A stretch of DNA of 63,575 bases, the filler included, from Sphacelaria rigidula (lineage: Eukaryota), in NCBI GenBank assembly GCA_964200075.2. It is 10 parts of 10 records of this genome, joined end to end, with 100 filler letters (N's around TTAATTAATTAA, not from the genome) between each part and the next. Parts side by side here need not be neighbours in the genome. Positions count along the whole stretch, not along the records: positions 1 to 6,268 come from CAXNAA020021118.1; positions 6,369 to 12,636 come from CAXNAA020021119.1; 8 more parts are not named here. One strand, written 5' to 3'. Each line of letters opens with the position of its first letter. Within the stretch, counting starts at the first letter, position 1. The translations under genes were made by a program, and so were the position numbers. The notes under the pieces are model-generated. The model was given only the letters and a program-made list of their open reading frames with translations. It was not told the DNA's origin and did not search any database. Of the stretch, positions 1 through 12,329 are shown one piece after another.

Positions 1-728
1 GAGGGGTAGGTGCTGTTTTTCTTTCACAAAAGGGGGGGGGGTCCATGGGCGAGCGACCAAGGCAAACAAGCCATGTGACCCCCCCCCCCCCCCCCCCCCC
101 CCCTGCTAGCTAAAACTTTAATGTTTACGTTCCTCAAATTTTGAGTAGATTAGTATGATCTCAAATATTCCACTCAAATATTGGTTAAGCACTCTCAGTA
201 ATACTCAGGTAGAGTATCACCTGGGTATGATGAGTAACCATAACCGTCGGCGACTTCGTGACATCACTGCAGACATCTGCGAAAAATCGCGAAAAACCAC
301 AGGGAATCTCATTCCCCGATTGTATCATTAATAAGTGCACCGGTCGAGTGCGTAGTTCACGTACGTATCCGGCGACCATCGATCACCTGTGCAAGTATTT
401 GTGTAGTTTTCCTGCCACCGTGTGCTCGCTCGACACCAGTTACAACGAGTGGTTTCCCCGAAAAGAGTCACTGCGGCCTCTTCTCTTGACCGGTTGGATC
501 GAATACGAACACACCCATGCGTGCTGGAGTGAGGAGCTATTGTGACGACTTTCGAGTGTTGTTTAGACCGCAATGAGATCCCCTCGGTCAGTTTTTTAAC
601 CCCTCGGATCGGCCGTGGATTGCCACTTGTTGCCAGACTAAACAGGGCTGTACTATTGGTCGCTATGGGCCCAATCTCCATCTCCATCTCCGACTCCGTC
701 AGTGACCAGACCAACAGACGTTACCAAG

Positions 729-1039
729 TGGACGGAAAAAATGGTTGAAATTAAAACATACTCGTTCTAGTGTTAGTCGGGGCGATGGATGAGACCACCA
801 ACAGATACAGGTGAGCAATGGTGAACAGTAGACCCAGCTCGTCCAGAACGTTTTTTGTTCCAAAATCGGCTGAAAGGCATCTATTTGAGCTCTGGAAACA
901 CACACGTCGTCTAAGGAGCAGTTTGTACCCCCCTCGCCCGAGGGTTCTCGTTATGTCTTCGTCGTGGTCAGGGTTAGGGTTAGCGTTCGAGGTATGTAGA
1001 AGGCACCTCATTATTCGCGTCAACCATTTTTTCCGACCA
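729..1039. mobile_element. MITE, 311 bp, 20-bp TIRs
   Basis: TGGACGGAAAAAATGGTTGA (729-748) is the inverted complement of TCAACCATTTTTTCCGACCA (1020-1039), 19/20 match. The internal CCCGAGGGTTC segment recurs at ~5173-5183. Confidence 0.75.
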
Positions 1040-1763
1040 GTTGTTAAAGAGGCCTCGACCAGACTGTAATACTAAATCTGATCAAAATCAATAATATCGA
1101 ATTCGACAAGTTTCAATTTCGATCATAATTTCCTTCACATCTCTTTTCGCGAAGACACACTCTCAGGCCGATCTCAACAAGATATCAGCCGAAAATAAAA
1201 ACCGTGGCATTATACAGTGCTGTGATTGGCGCCCTGCTCTAGGTACCGCCACCAACTCTCTTCCGATGTATCAAGCACACGAGAGATTCTTGACACTTGA
1301 CTACAGTAAAAAAAACAGATGAACTGCACAAGTCAACATGTGATCGTGTATCAACGCATGTCAATATCCACGCGTTTGCATCATCACTGAACCTGTTCAC
1401 CGCCCCCAGGAGCAGTCATTCCCTGAATCGGCATCAGTTTCACATGAAAAATGACTGACCCACATGATGGACCCTGGCTGAGAGGTCAATGATTTTAGGG
1501 TTCAGCGCATCGCATCCACACACGTATAAACATAAAGCGCCCGGACCAACAGATAGCCCGACACAGCTACTGTTTTCCTACAGATAGATGCTGATATCTG
1601 TACACGTTTTTGATCGAACGTGTTTCGGTTCCCTATTGGGGCGAGCATCAACGATGTGTGCATCAACAATTGCGTTGTATTTGCCACCAGTACAAATTTT
1701 AGTATGCCGTTTTGACTTTCTGCCCCCGCCTTATGTGTTACATTGGGTTTGGTGGGAACCGTC

Positions 1764-1972
1764 CAAGGGCAGGCCAAGTAGAGTATACTCAATTGAGCGG
1801 TATTTTGAAAGTCGTGCTTGAAGTACTGTACACAAATTGGGGGTCGGGTTTCAGGGATCGCTCTCCAGTTACGTTTCGGGTACGACTTCCACCACTCTAC
1901 CTAATTTGAGTACCTCAAGTACGTCTTTCAAAATACCCCGCACCCGAGTACACTCTACTCAACCTGCCCTTG
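1764..1972. mobile_element. CAAGGG-terminal MITE, family 1, copy a
   Basis: Long imperfect TIRs CAAGGGCAGG..AGTAGAGTATACTC / GAGTACACTCTACT..CCTGCCCTTG. Flanks are GAACCGTC and AAACCGTC (8-bp TSD, 1 mismatch). Homologous copy at 59104-59307. Confidence 0.88.
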
Positions 1973-3689
1973 AAACCGTCATCAATATAATCTTGCTGTT
2001 CATAGATCCAAGCAATCGGGACACAGACCATTCGAGGATGAGTGAGAGTTTCCGTGAGGGCTATCCAGCACGATTTGGGGTGCAATGCTCTCTACTTCAG
2101 CACATAAACCCCGAGGATCAGCTATCGTTCTTCAGCTGACGGATCATTCTCGGCCAAAAATCTCGTAGATATCGGAAGCATCATCGCAGCCGGTGCCGGA
2201 CCCAGTTGCAACATTGAAAACTGAAAATAAGGACGATTTTCATCTCTACTCCGATTCTTGCTCTTCTTCCACCTCTTCACTGCTACAACAGTACAGTGGG
2301 ACATCTGTTGAATCGGCCCTACTTTCACTTGAAAAATAACCACCAGGATGACACACGGTGGCTATCGAGGCGCTCCGTCAGTCGTCCAAACGCAGTCTCC
2401 GCTTCCTTATTTTCATTAATAAAATTACCTCATGATAATGACGTCAAACGGTACGTGGTACACCGCACTGAATCACACACACTCCCGAGGGCAAAGGTTT
2501 AGGCCACCGTAGCCCCCCTGCTGATTACTACGGTAAGATCCCCGCGTTTTGTTCGAGGCCCCTCCCCTGAATAGCGTCCCTTGAGAGACGAACGTTCAGA
2601 TACAATAACTTAGGAACTGGCGGGGCATATGAACCATCTCCTATGATGATTTTTCAGGATATCGGGTTACTCGAAAATGTGACCAGACACGTGGTGACGC
2701 TGGCTGAGAAAATAGGCCAAGGAGCAGCTGCCAGTACAGCTGGGGGAAGGCGGAAGATTAACAATAAAACACTGCTAACGCTCGAATGACTGGCTCTAGA
2801 GGCAAAAACTCACGATCTGCTATGGTGAAGCCGGCGGTTCTGTTCGTTCACAAATTCGGATGGCGTAGGGTGCATGAAGAAGAATTCACGACACAAGCTT
2901 CACACCGGTGGGACTGCTGAAAACCGGAGATTTTGAATCAAGGATAGTACATCTTCGATTCAAGACCGCGGTATGATACTTCTGTACGGTATGGTGCGGT
3001 ACAATTCCAGCAATCCCAGCCATGTGTGCGATAACGAGACCTCGTTACAGCACAGGGGAGAAGACTACAGTTGATTTCCCTGCGGACCAAACATGACTGT
3101 TTCTTAAATCATCGACGGTCCTCCCACCTTCCCGATCTACGAACGCAGGAAACACTGCGTGAGGACAGAGCACAGCAGCCTACATACCGCAGGAGGTTGA
3201 ATCATTCCCTCGACTGAATTTTGGCGCAGGGAAATATTCATGGATGAAAAACTAAACCACAGACTCCCAGTCCTAGTGCTCTGGTCCCGCCAGTGTAAGA
3301 TCTGCGGGATTTTCAACATTCCGCGGTTCGCTTTCGCTATACCTGCATCTTTGGCCACGTAGATGAGAAGTGTAGTGTCCGTCGTGCGGTGCCTTCTCCT
3401 TGTTAACGCCCCCGCCGAATATGAAATGCTCAAGTCGAGTAGCACAAATGTGCGGTACACTTCCACTTCAGTAACGGAAGTTATTTCGAAATCAACACAA
3501 GATGGATTCGGCAACTGTGCAGTGGCACGCGCAACCCTACGCCGTGGTGTGTGAGTCTGAGGGGGAAGGGTTGGCAAACGAAGACGAAACAGGCCGGAAA
3601 AAAATGCCGAATAAATGAGTTACTCAAGAACATGTTTATTTTTTACCGGTAACAAGAAACGGGAAACGAAAAAATAATAAAAAACAGAA

Positions 3690-4010
3690 GACCGAAGGTC
3701 AAGTGTCCTTCGCACCATGAAGAATAATACTTGCAGAGGAAGAATAGGAAGGCCGCAGCAAGGCTCCAACTCATTATGCAATTAGCGGGGTTTTTGAAGA
3801 ATTCATTCATCTTGAAAATAATGAAGGGTCGTTTTGTGAAAGCGTTCCCGGATAATAAGTAGAAGCCCGCGGCGTCATGGGATATATTTTTCACATTACT
3901 GTTGAACATACCGCGAACCTCGAGTTTGAGATACCTCAAGTGTACAGACAGGATCTATCTGCCACCCGCGGTGTCGAAAACTTTTTTGCTGGATATGTTT
4001 GCTGAAATCT
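3690..4010 (-). pseudogene. Possible KDZ/Zisupton-like transposase relic
   Basis: Frame-joined reading C..YLKL..(E)RFTKRPFIIF..NCI..SWCEGH follows the order of the 'C..PK / RF..P..YD.AC / FH..H..C' motifs. Weak. Confidence 0.22.
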
Positions 4011-4192
4011 AAAGGACGAATGCTTTCGCACCACTGTAGTAGGAGGTAACTAAAACTCGGGGTTGCCGTTACTTTTTACATGGGGCGTTCACGCTATATT
4101 CAACAGTAATCGAATGTCAAACATACCGGGAACCTCGAACTGTAGATGCCCGTAGGGATTACTTCACTGTGTCCCCGTACAAGCACGGTTGA

Positions 4193-4290
4193 CTCCTTGG
4201 TCGCGAGGGTAGTCCATCTGGATCATGCAAAAAAAATCGAGTTGAACTGAAGCCGATTCAACAGATTTCCCTATGCTCGCGGTCCAAGGG
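4193..4290 (-). mobile_element. piggyBac-type mini-MITE, degenerate copy
   Basis: Inverted copy of 5362-5458, ending CTCGCGGTCCAAGGG. Flanks TTGA/TCAA are a decayed TTAA. Confidence 0.7.
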
Positions 4291-5206
4291 TCAACCACAG
4301 TGCAGGGGCAATAAGTGAGTGTACTGTGTGTGAAAGGAGGAAAGTAAGAGTGGGGTTTTGGTTCAGCACCATTTTATCGGAGATATACGGTCGGAGACAT
4401 TTACATCGCCAGAGATCTACATCCTGATGAGAAAGCTGAAAGTACGATGCGCATAGCCCGAAGCACTCGAAACGACGAAATTACCAGAAGGAGTGACTCC
4501 AGATTTCATTTGCCGGAGTTCACACGCGAGTTCGTCGCCGACCAATCAATTTGCTCTTGAACCCGTAGAATACGAGGGTAGTCCATCTGCATCATAAATA
4601 CTCTTGTCGTGATTTAGATGCGGATTGCACAGATGGCCTACAGTAACTCTCGCCGTCCGCGGGTTAGCCTTTGGTCGACTTGTAGATCCAGCGTGGACAA
4701 CATGTGCAAGTGCTCCGTCGACGAAGGATTTTCGACTGCTCCACGGGCCAAGCCGACAGGAGGCGTCGGTGTTTTTTTTTATTCCAAGAGGGTGTGAAAA
4801 AAAGACTGACGAGAGCACGGTAGTGACAAAGACAGAACCGTCTTCTCCCGTAGTGAAGGCTAGCTTTCGCTATATGATGGAGAGAGAAGAACCCAAGATT
4901 TTGGCCGCTTCTCTGTTTTCAACCCTTCGATGGCGAGAGTATGTCCCAGGTTGAATGCAAGCTGGAGGGTAATTGAATAATTTTGCGGGAGAGTTCGTCA
5001 CATGGGGTTTACTTGATGTTCACCTGGAAATAATCATCAAAACTCCGGATCTTTATGTGGGTACTATTTTTCTAGCGTGCGCAGAACGTGTTCTTGTCTA
5101 AACCGGCGCCTGGGCCGCCGATTCGAGGTCGGGCAACGCACACTGTCAAGGGAACACTCTTCGCCTCCCTAGCCCGAGGGTTCACGGTATGCTTTTGTTG
5201 GGGTTA

Positions 5207-5471
5207 GAGCCCTTCTTAGCGAAGGGGATAATCCCCTTTTTCAAAATCCCCTTTTTCAAAAACGACCGGTGATTGGCCGCTGCGATACCATCCCCTCCAA
5301 AAACTCCCCTCAACGTGTACGGAAATCCCCTTTTCAAGAAGGGGATAATGCCCTTCGTTAACCCCTAGACCGCGAGGTCAGCCTTCTGTTGAATCGGCAT
5401 CAATTTCAAGTGGGAGAAGTATGCATGATCCAGAAAGACTAATCTCGCGGTCCAAGGGTTAAGAAGGGCCC
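5207..5471. mobile_element. PIF/Harbinger (Tourist-like) MITE carrying a nested insertion
   Basis: TTA TSD at 5204-5206 and 5472-5474. TIR GAGCCCTTCTTAGCGAAGGGGATAATCCCCTT pairs with AAGGGGATAATGCCCTTCG[TTAA]GAAGGGCCC once the nested element is removed. Confidence 0.8.
5362..5458 (+). mobile_element. piggyBac-type mini-MITE, 97 bp
   Basis: TTAA on both sides (5358-5361, 5459-5462). CCC...GGG termini. TIR CCCCTAGACCGCGAG / CTCGCGGTCCAAGGG. Confidence 0.85.
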
Positions 5472-6268
5472 TTAGTGTCAGTGTCAGTGTTACTGTTATT
5501 CAACATTATAATTTTCCGATAAAATTCTCACTCCTACCAAGTGATGAGCTGACTTTCAATTTTGTACGAATTTGTCAAGCGCCTTTCCACAGCGACGCTT
5601 GTAACTTGACCGCGACCCCCCCGTAGTTAGACTGAGATGGATTATCCCGCATTCGGGGTTCAGAACAGCTCTTTCCTCGCTCATTTTTTTTTTTTCACGA
5701 ATATGTGGATGTTCGGCATTCATACAGAAAATAGTCCCGGAGAACCCCTGACCGGTATAGACCCTGAGGTCAAGTAGCAGTCAGTATGTGTACTCCATGT
5801 CCTTGCTGGGCCTAGCGACAAGAAACAGTCAGCGTGTCATCGCTCTCCATTGAAAACCGTAGTCGACTGCATGCCGCTGATGTCTCTGCTTAGTTTGTCA
5901 CAGCAATGCTACAGATAGCTTGAAGCCATGCTCAGAGCACACGAGGGGTCAGGCAGGCGGCATAAACCACGAGCAGAAAAAAAACACTTTCTTGTGTCCA
6001 CATATCATTCATGGTTGATTTGCAAGTACCAAAATGAGAAACATGGATAGGCTTTTGCTCATTTAGCTAGCACCGTTGCTGTCGATTTATAATGATGAGT
6101 CTTTCATGGGTGATATGCACACAGAACCCGTGCTACGAGCTGGGCCAGCCTAGAAACGTATTTAAGCTCTAAAAGCAATATCTCATCGACACAGACGACT
6201 TGGGCCGTGATCCGCGTATCGTATTAATCGTCTACTCAAGGGAAAGGTGCCCATCTGCTCAAAAGTTT

Positions 6269-6368
6269 NNNNNNNNNNNNNNNNNNNNNNNNNNNNNNNN
6301 NNNNNNNNNNNNTTAATTAATTAANNNNNNNNNNNNNNNNNNNNNNNNNNNNNNNNNNNNNNNNNNNN
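6269..6368. other. Artificial contig linker (N44-TTAATTAATTAA-N44)
   Basis: The same 100-nt linker, with stops in all frames, recurs at 12637-12736, 19005-19104, 25373-25472, 31741-31840, 38108-38207, 44475-44574, 50842-50941 and 57209-57308. The intervening contigs are all 6268 or 6267 bp. Confidence 0.99.
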
Positions 6369-7567
6369 ATACAGCCCTTTGTGGTCGGGGTGGGCTGCCA
6401 TTTCCCCCCTTGTTGCATGCGGCAAATTATCTTCGAAGGGTATCAGCGTTGCGGCGCGCATGCATACGACCGTGTAGTACAGTATAGTGTAGTACGCCTC
6501 TCCGACTAAGGCAGTAGCTGCCGCTGCATACTCTCTTGCACGTGCTGGGCAGCTTTCAGCCACCGAGATCAACTGTCTATATACCGCTTCTTCATCCCCG
6601 CCCACTACATACATGTTAACTGCACACTGCATGACATGGGCAGAGGGATAAGCAGATTTCATGACGGTAGCTCCTTTTGTCGTTCCCGGCCCACCTGGGT
6701 TTAGTGCCTCGTGAGAATGACCACATTGTAGCATGTACCCAGACTTAGAACCTGCCTGCACTCAACTCAATTTCGAGACTTGCAATTTAAAATGTAGAGC
6801 GAAATATCGCTAGGTCATGAAAAAAGAGGGGGGATTTTGGGACCTTGAGACCCTTTTCCCATGAGTTGGATCAACTTTTTATGGTAGCCACCAATCTCGA
6901 TCTGTACGCACATCGGGAGACGTAAAAACGGGAAACGCATTTCATGAACCTCAATCTAGGCTATTATAGATCGAAGATAGGGATACCACGATTTGAGAAT
7001 GTTCGTGGTCCCTCCGATTTTGATGAAGGAAACGTTTGTACTTTGACGTGCGATGGTGGGGCCATAGGCGTTTGATATTTTTGCAACCGCAGCAGCAGAC
7101 AGTCTCGTGACAGCGCATAGGGTGTGCCTGCCCGCGCGCCAGCTGCTAGAGCAGCTTCGCACGGTGTTTGACAAGCGGATAATAAGTGTTGACGCCGTAC
7201 CCTGCGGCGGTGGTAATATTTTATGCTGCACTGCGCTGCCGTATGTATCACCATCACGAACGGTACTGTACTCTCCTACTCTTTTGTCGCTGTATTTGCA
7301 AGGGTGATGTACGGCACTGCACTACTGAACTCTTCTCGCACACCGTTCAAGATGCTCGCGATACCGACTGCCCCATCACGTATCACCACACGGCATTATC
7401 ATCTACTGTGAGGTTGAAGTGTTGTGCACTGTTCTACCCTAGGGTACCAAGGTACGACACTGTATTCCAAAGACTAATCACCGCCTGCCTGATCTTCGGC
7501 TTCGCCTATTAATAGTACACGATACCACTCTCATGAGGACAATCACCTTTTGTCCATATAATGATTT

Positions 7568-7824
7568 CGCGGGTTGGACGAATCATTGGCGGTTCGAATC
7601 ACCAAATCTACGATTTTTCAGGCCTGGTTGCTCGAAAGAGAGAAAAAAGTTGACCGCTGGTCAAGAAGGTCTTCACGCAATTTTTGCGCCACTTCACGTG
7701 CTTCGGTTGTGCGTACCTGGGTTGCAACGCTGAAAACAAAGCCCAAGGATTGATTCGTACGTGCGAATCAATCACACTAAAATCGAATAATTTCCGAACG
7801 AATCATTAATTCGTTCGACCCTTG
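7568..7824. mobile_element. CAAGGG-type MITE, family 2
   Basis: Termini CGCGGGTTGGACGAATCA / TAATTCGTTCGACCCTTG. Flanks AATGATTT / AATTATGT (degenerate 8-bp TSD). Inverted partial copies lie at the contig ends 31638-31740 and ~44409-44474. Confidence 0.7.
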
Positions 7825-8344
7825 AATTATGTCACAAAGTTGTGAGTCTATAAAACGGTCCCCACGGGTCTCACTTTCGCGAATATCAATCCCCCCGATT
7901 GTGAACATATTGGGGTCTCCACAAAATCAAGATTCGTTCCCATAAAAGATGCTTCAGGGACTTCTCGTTGAAGGCCATATCTTGTTTTTCGCCCTTGACT
8001 GATGAAGAAAATCTCAGGGTCCCAAAATTTGTATTTTCGAGTATGCCTTAGCAATTATCTACACCAAATTGGAAAGTGCCAACTCTCGAAATTGAGGTAA
8101 GAATTCGCCTTCAACCTGCAGATACTCTTCCAGACTGGACCAGCCCGTACTCCTTTAGTGCGCGCCAGGCTGAACGTGCGTAGCACCGACAAATTAACAC
8201 ACTCTTATGACAATGGCACGCAAGATCATCAGTACACCCACCCCCCCCCCCCCCCCCCCACACACACACCTCACGCCCCGCCTTTCCCAACACCAACACG
8301 CACTGAAAAACTGACCGAAATCTGCACCCCTCCCAAAAACTGAC

Positions 8345-9677
8345 CTTTCTTCCCTGTCCTTAGCCTCGGCGGCAGCTTTCGCATTCGCCTCTTCCTGGGC
8401 CCTCTTCTCCGCGGCCCTCGCCTCTGCCGCCCGGGCCTCAGCCTGGGCCTTCGCCTGCGCCTGCGCCTGCGCCTGCGCCTGCGCCTGAGCTTCGGCGTAT
8501 GCCTTCGCCTGGGCTTTGGCCTGGGCTTCAGCCTTCGCCTTCGCCCTTGCCTTGGCCTCAGCCTCCGCCCATGCTTTGGCCTCAGTCTCCGCCCTTGCTT
8601 TGGCCTTGGCTTCGGCCTTCATCGCCGCTTGCGCCGCTGCCACCTCTCGTCTTACTTGCTCCGCCCGCACGCGATCCCTCTCTCTTTTCCTCTCCTTCTC
8701 CGCGCGCTCTGCACGTTCCGCCTCCTCCTCCTGCCTCCTGCACTCCTCCTCCTCGCGCTTCATATGCTCAATCGCCGCCAGCATCTGCTGCGTCCGCGCC
8801 GCCTCCTCCTTCACATCTTTCGCCGGCGCGGCCTTGTCTTGCTTTTCCTGCGCCCCGGTGGCTGCGCTCCTCAGCGCTCCGCTCTTTTCCGCGGCGCTCC
8901 GCTTCTCCTGAAAAGCTTTCACCAGCGGTGCGACAGCACTCTCTGCCCTCGCCACGTCTGGATCCGAGAGGCCCGTCATCTTCGCGCAAAGCAGGAGGGC
9001 GTGCTGGTCCATCAATACGGCTGCTTCGATTTCGTGCGCCCGCCGCACCACATCCTGCAATGCCACCCTCGACGCGTCGGACAACTCGTCTCGGGGACCC
9101 CTCACCGCCACCCCCGTCGCTTGCCTCGCCTGGGCCGTCAGCATTTCGAACTCGATTTTGCGGGCTGCCAGCAGTTCGTCCTGTCGCACAGCACACGCTT
9201 GCCGAATTCTGTAGGGCCAACCGGCCATCCTCGCCTTATGTTTGGCGGCCGCCACATCCATCGTGGCCCTCACGCCCATAAGCGCCGTGTCTACAGCTCT
9301 CATCATTTCTTCCCACTTGATAGGACGAGCATCAGCTTGAGCCCCTCCTGCTCCTCTTCCTTCTCCGCCCGCCGGTACTCTGGGTTGCTGGTGTTGGCGT
9401 TGCTGTGCAGCGGTAACCGTGTCATAGACCCCCCCACCTGTCGCTGGAGAATCAGCACGCACGGACGTCTGCGGCGCTGCCTTACGCGGTGGCCCATCGC
9501 CCGCTGTGGCGGCAGGGGGAAGGCCGCCGGGGGCGGCAGCGCGTGGGGAAGTTGCATCGTCGCCGCCGGCGGAACGCGCTGTTACATCTACCCTAGGCTG
9601 GTGTTTGGTGTGGTCTTCGCAATACGCCACCGTCTGCGCAAGGTCGCCTGTTGCGTCGTAGTACACGTCAACCACGC
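8345..9677 (-). CDS. Internal exon of a hypothetical Ala/Glu/Lys-rich coiled-coil protein
   Basis: GC-rich open frame. Acceptor ...tttctgacag|GC at 9677; donor AAG|gtcagt at 8345. Phase 1 matches the upstream exon at 10762-11641. AKAQA/EAKA heptad-like repeats. Confidence 0.85.
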
Positions 9678-10761
9678 CTGTCAGAAACAAACAAACAGAA
9701 AACAAAAACAGAACAAAGCACGGAGCGAAGAAGAAATAGACTGCATTTTTTTTTTTCTGTCTCCAGTACTCGTGAAGACCGTTGTACACATTTATTTTTT
9801 ATAGTTTCCCGTGGAGTTTCGTTTCGTTCGTGTCCTCTCGCTCTTGGAACGTGTTTTCGGAGCTTACAGAGAGATCAACAGACAAGCAATCAGAGACGAA
9901 GAGAGAGCCAACAGAGGAGGGACGCAAATACAGATATCTCGTTGTCGTTTTCTCCGGATACGGACCCTTCCAGTCTTACGCCAAAAGAAAGAAAGAAAAA
10001 TAGATCGGAACAGAGTCCGACATATTTACGCCCCAATACGCACGCACACACCGCGCAACCCCATATTCAGCAAGATGATGTTGTTGTCTGTAGTCTACAT
10101 GACATGTGGTCGAAGTTTCAGCACGTACAAGCACTAATAGCGCTTGCACTACCGTGTCTCCTGAAGTAAGCACCTCTACAGGCGATACCCTGATAAGTAC
10201 CGCGTAGAATGACATCATCCAGAGTGTGCGCAATACGGATCGATGTGTTCGTTTGCCAAGGCAGGAGCTACCCAGCAGAAAGTGAACTATCTGCGTGTTA
10301 ACATATGCATCCACTGACGCCTCACGCAGTCTGGGCCGAGGGGACTGCGTTTTGAGGGCGTATCGATGGCATTGCCCAAAATCCGTATGTTGCTTCGTGC
10401 AACTAGAGCAACACGTAAAACGTGCCAACGCTCCGGGAATATGCTGTCTGTAGTGTGGTCTACCTCTGTGCCAAGTTTCAGGCTGGTTACAACAGACACG
10501 GCGGAGAAATCCACAAGCAAAATAACTCTTGATTTGTACTGAAAATACAGTACTAAACCGTGTTAAACCGTCGAAAGATACATGAGGTGTTGATGATTTT
10601 TGTATGCGGGAATCTTGGCAACTGACTTGCTTTTTGTTTTTGGCGTAAGACTGCTTCAGTCCAAGCCACTCTCACAAATGCCCGTACACAGCATACAATA
10701 CCCACGGTACAGAAAACGCAACCGGACCGGACCGGACCGCACACGTGCATACACAACATAC

Positions 10762-11641
10762 CTGGCTCAACCCAGCCCGCAAAGTATCGCTGGATCTCCT
10801 CCACGCTTGTACCTTGTGCCGGGAACGGTCCCGTAACACGCGCAACAAACCTCCGGACGGTATCGATGGGAACCCTCCCGCACGCATCCCTCGCGCTCAC
10901 GCCGTCGTCCCCATATCCGCCGAGAGCAGCAGGAGGAGGAGCAGCCGCAGCGATCGAGAAAATATCTTCCGGCGGCTTCTGATTCTGCTGATCTTGCAGA
11001 GGCGGTGCGGATGAGCCGCGCTTGAGCTCCGCACCAACAGGTCCATACTCCGCCACCGCCGCCCTTCCTACTCCTCCCGCACCTCCATTCCCGCCCGCGC
11101 CCGAGTACAACAAACCCCGTTGCTGCTGTTGTACCAGCATCACCTGCCGCGGGGATTCGGGTGGTGGGTGGTGGGTCAGCGTGGTGACCGGCGCCTCCTG
11201 TGACGCACTTCCACCACTATCGCCGCCGCTGCCGACAATGGCAGCGGGGGTGAGCGGCGACCCCATCGCCGCAGACACGTCGCTTCCGCTGCCACCGCCG
11301 CTTGGAGGAGCCACGGCGGGCGTCGGCATGATAGCGCGTACGAAATCGACGCCGGTCATACTGGGATGTGGCGACGCAGGAGGGAGGGCGCCGGGACCCT
11401 GTTCCTGGGTGGGCGGCAATGGCACCCGGACGTTGTCATTCTTAGAGCCCATGCGGCGGCAGACTATGTCCCATACGCGCATGATCTCCGCGCGGAGCGC
11501 GGGCGAGCGGGTGTAGATTGGCGGCTTCTCGTCCGCAACGACAGGACGAGCGCTCACGACAGAAGTCTCGCCGGCAGCGGCGGGATTCGGCAGCTCGTAT
11601 CGCGCCCAGCGAGCCAAGTTGTCGGTCAGGTACGTCATAGC
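10762..11641 (-). CDS. Upstream internal exon of the same hypothetical gene (Pro/Gly-rich)
   Basis: Pyrimidine tract and acceptor ...atgacag|GCT ATG at 11641; donor CCAG|gtatgt at 10762. Splices in frame to give ...RYFAGWVEP-G-VVDVYYDATG... Confidence 0.85.
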
Positions 11642-12036
11642 CTGTCATTGGTTTTGTTGTCGGGGGGCAGGGAGGGAAGAAGGGGGAATGTGGGGTGGAG
11701 CTTACAGGTGTAGCTGGTGCTGGGTCCGGCTGCAATGTTGGATTTCGAAGCTTCCCTTCCCAACTGACTCCTTACCGTGGACATAATTTCAATCATCCGC
11801 GATTCTTACCTACGCTACTTCCTACAGCTTCTCCGCCATTTCACAGGTTACAAAAAGCATTAACTTGAGGCCTGCTACATGAAATACAGTCTATTATTTG
11901 GCAGTGCCGTAGAAGACTCGCAATAACTGCTTTGGGTCGACTACCAAAATGTGCCCTTCGCTGCTTGAACATTTGCTGGATTTGTATCCTCAAGTCGGGG
12001 AGACGAACGCTACGGTGACAATATTAATACGCTGCT

Positions 12037-12038
<2 letters not shown>

Positions 12039-12091
<53 letters not shown>

Positions 12092-12096
12092 GAGAG
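12039..12096. repeat. (GA)n microsatellite
   Basis: Direct reading. Confidence 0.95.
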
Positions 12097-12329
12097 GGAG
12101 ACCGGCAGTTGCTCTATTTTTTTCAACACCATTTCAGAGCCTCACCGTTGTTCCTCTGTACTGGTGTGTTAAAAAGTACCACTTAGTATTGAGTGAAAAG
12201 CCATTTGTTGCGCTGTACACCTTCACAACAAATACAAAGATCATTTGAGCGAACCACAATCATGTGCTCCTCGGAACACCCATGCAGTACAACGACTCAC
12301 TTCATCACCCCCCCCCTCACCCCCCGTTC

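Larger units (their letters stand above)
330..3130 (-). pseudogene. Possible highly decayed piggyBac-like transposase relic, interrupted by MITEs
   Basis: Across frameshifts the minus strand gives a Cys-rich RCNWCRA..GRKTTQ(Y)CTG segment at ~385-450, resembling the piggyBac C-terminal CRD. It also gives KIIIGDGSYA at ~2625-2655 (cf. 'GDSWF') and VVAVKRWKK at ~2265-2290. Many stops; pattern match by eye only. Confidence 0.25.

Noticed and set aside
970..983. Telomere (TTAGGG)
   Set aside because: Only about two units, internal to a MITE.
6369..6761. Further exon of the coiled-coil gene (146-aa ORF)
   Set aside because: The ORF runs into the linker Ns, and no convincing phase-compatible splice pair was found.
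8499..9804. Long plus-strand ORFs (260 and 391 aa)
   Set aside because: Antisense shadows of the GC-rich minus-strand exon, which is the frame with proper splice sites.
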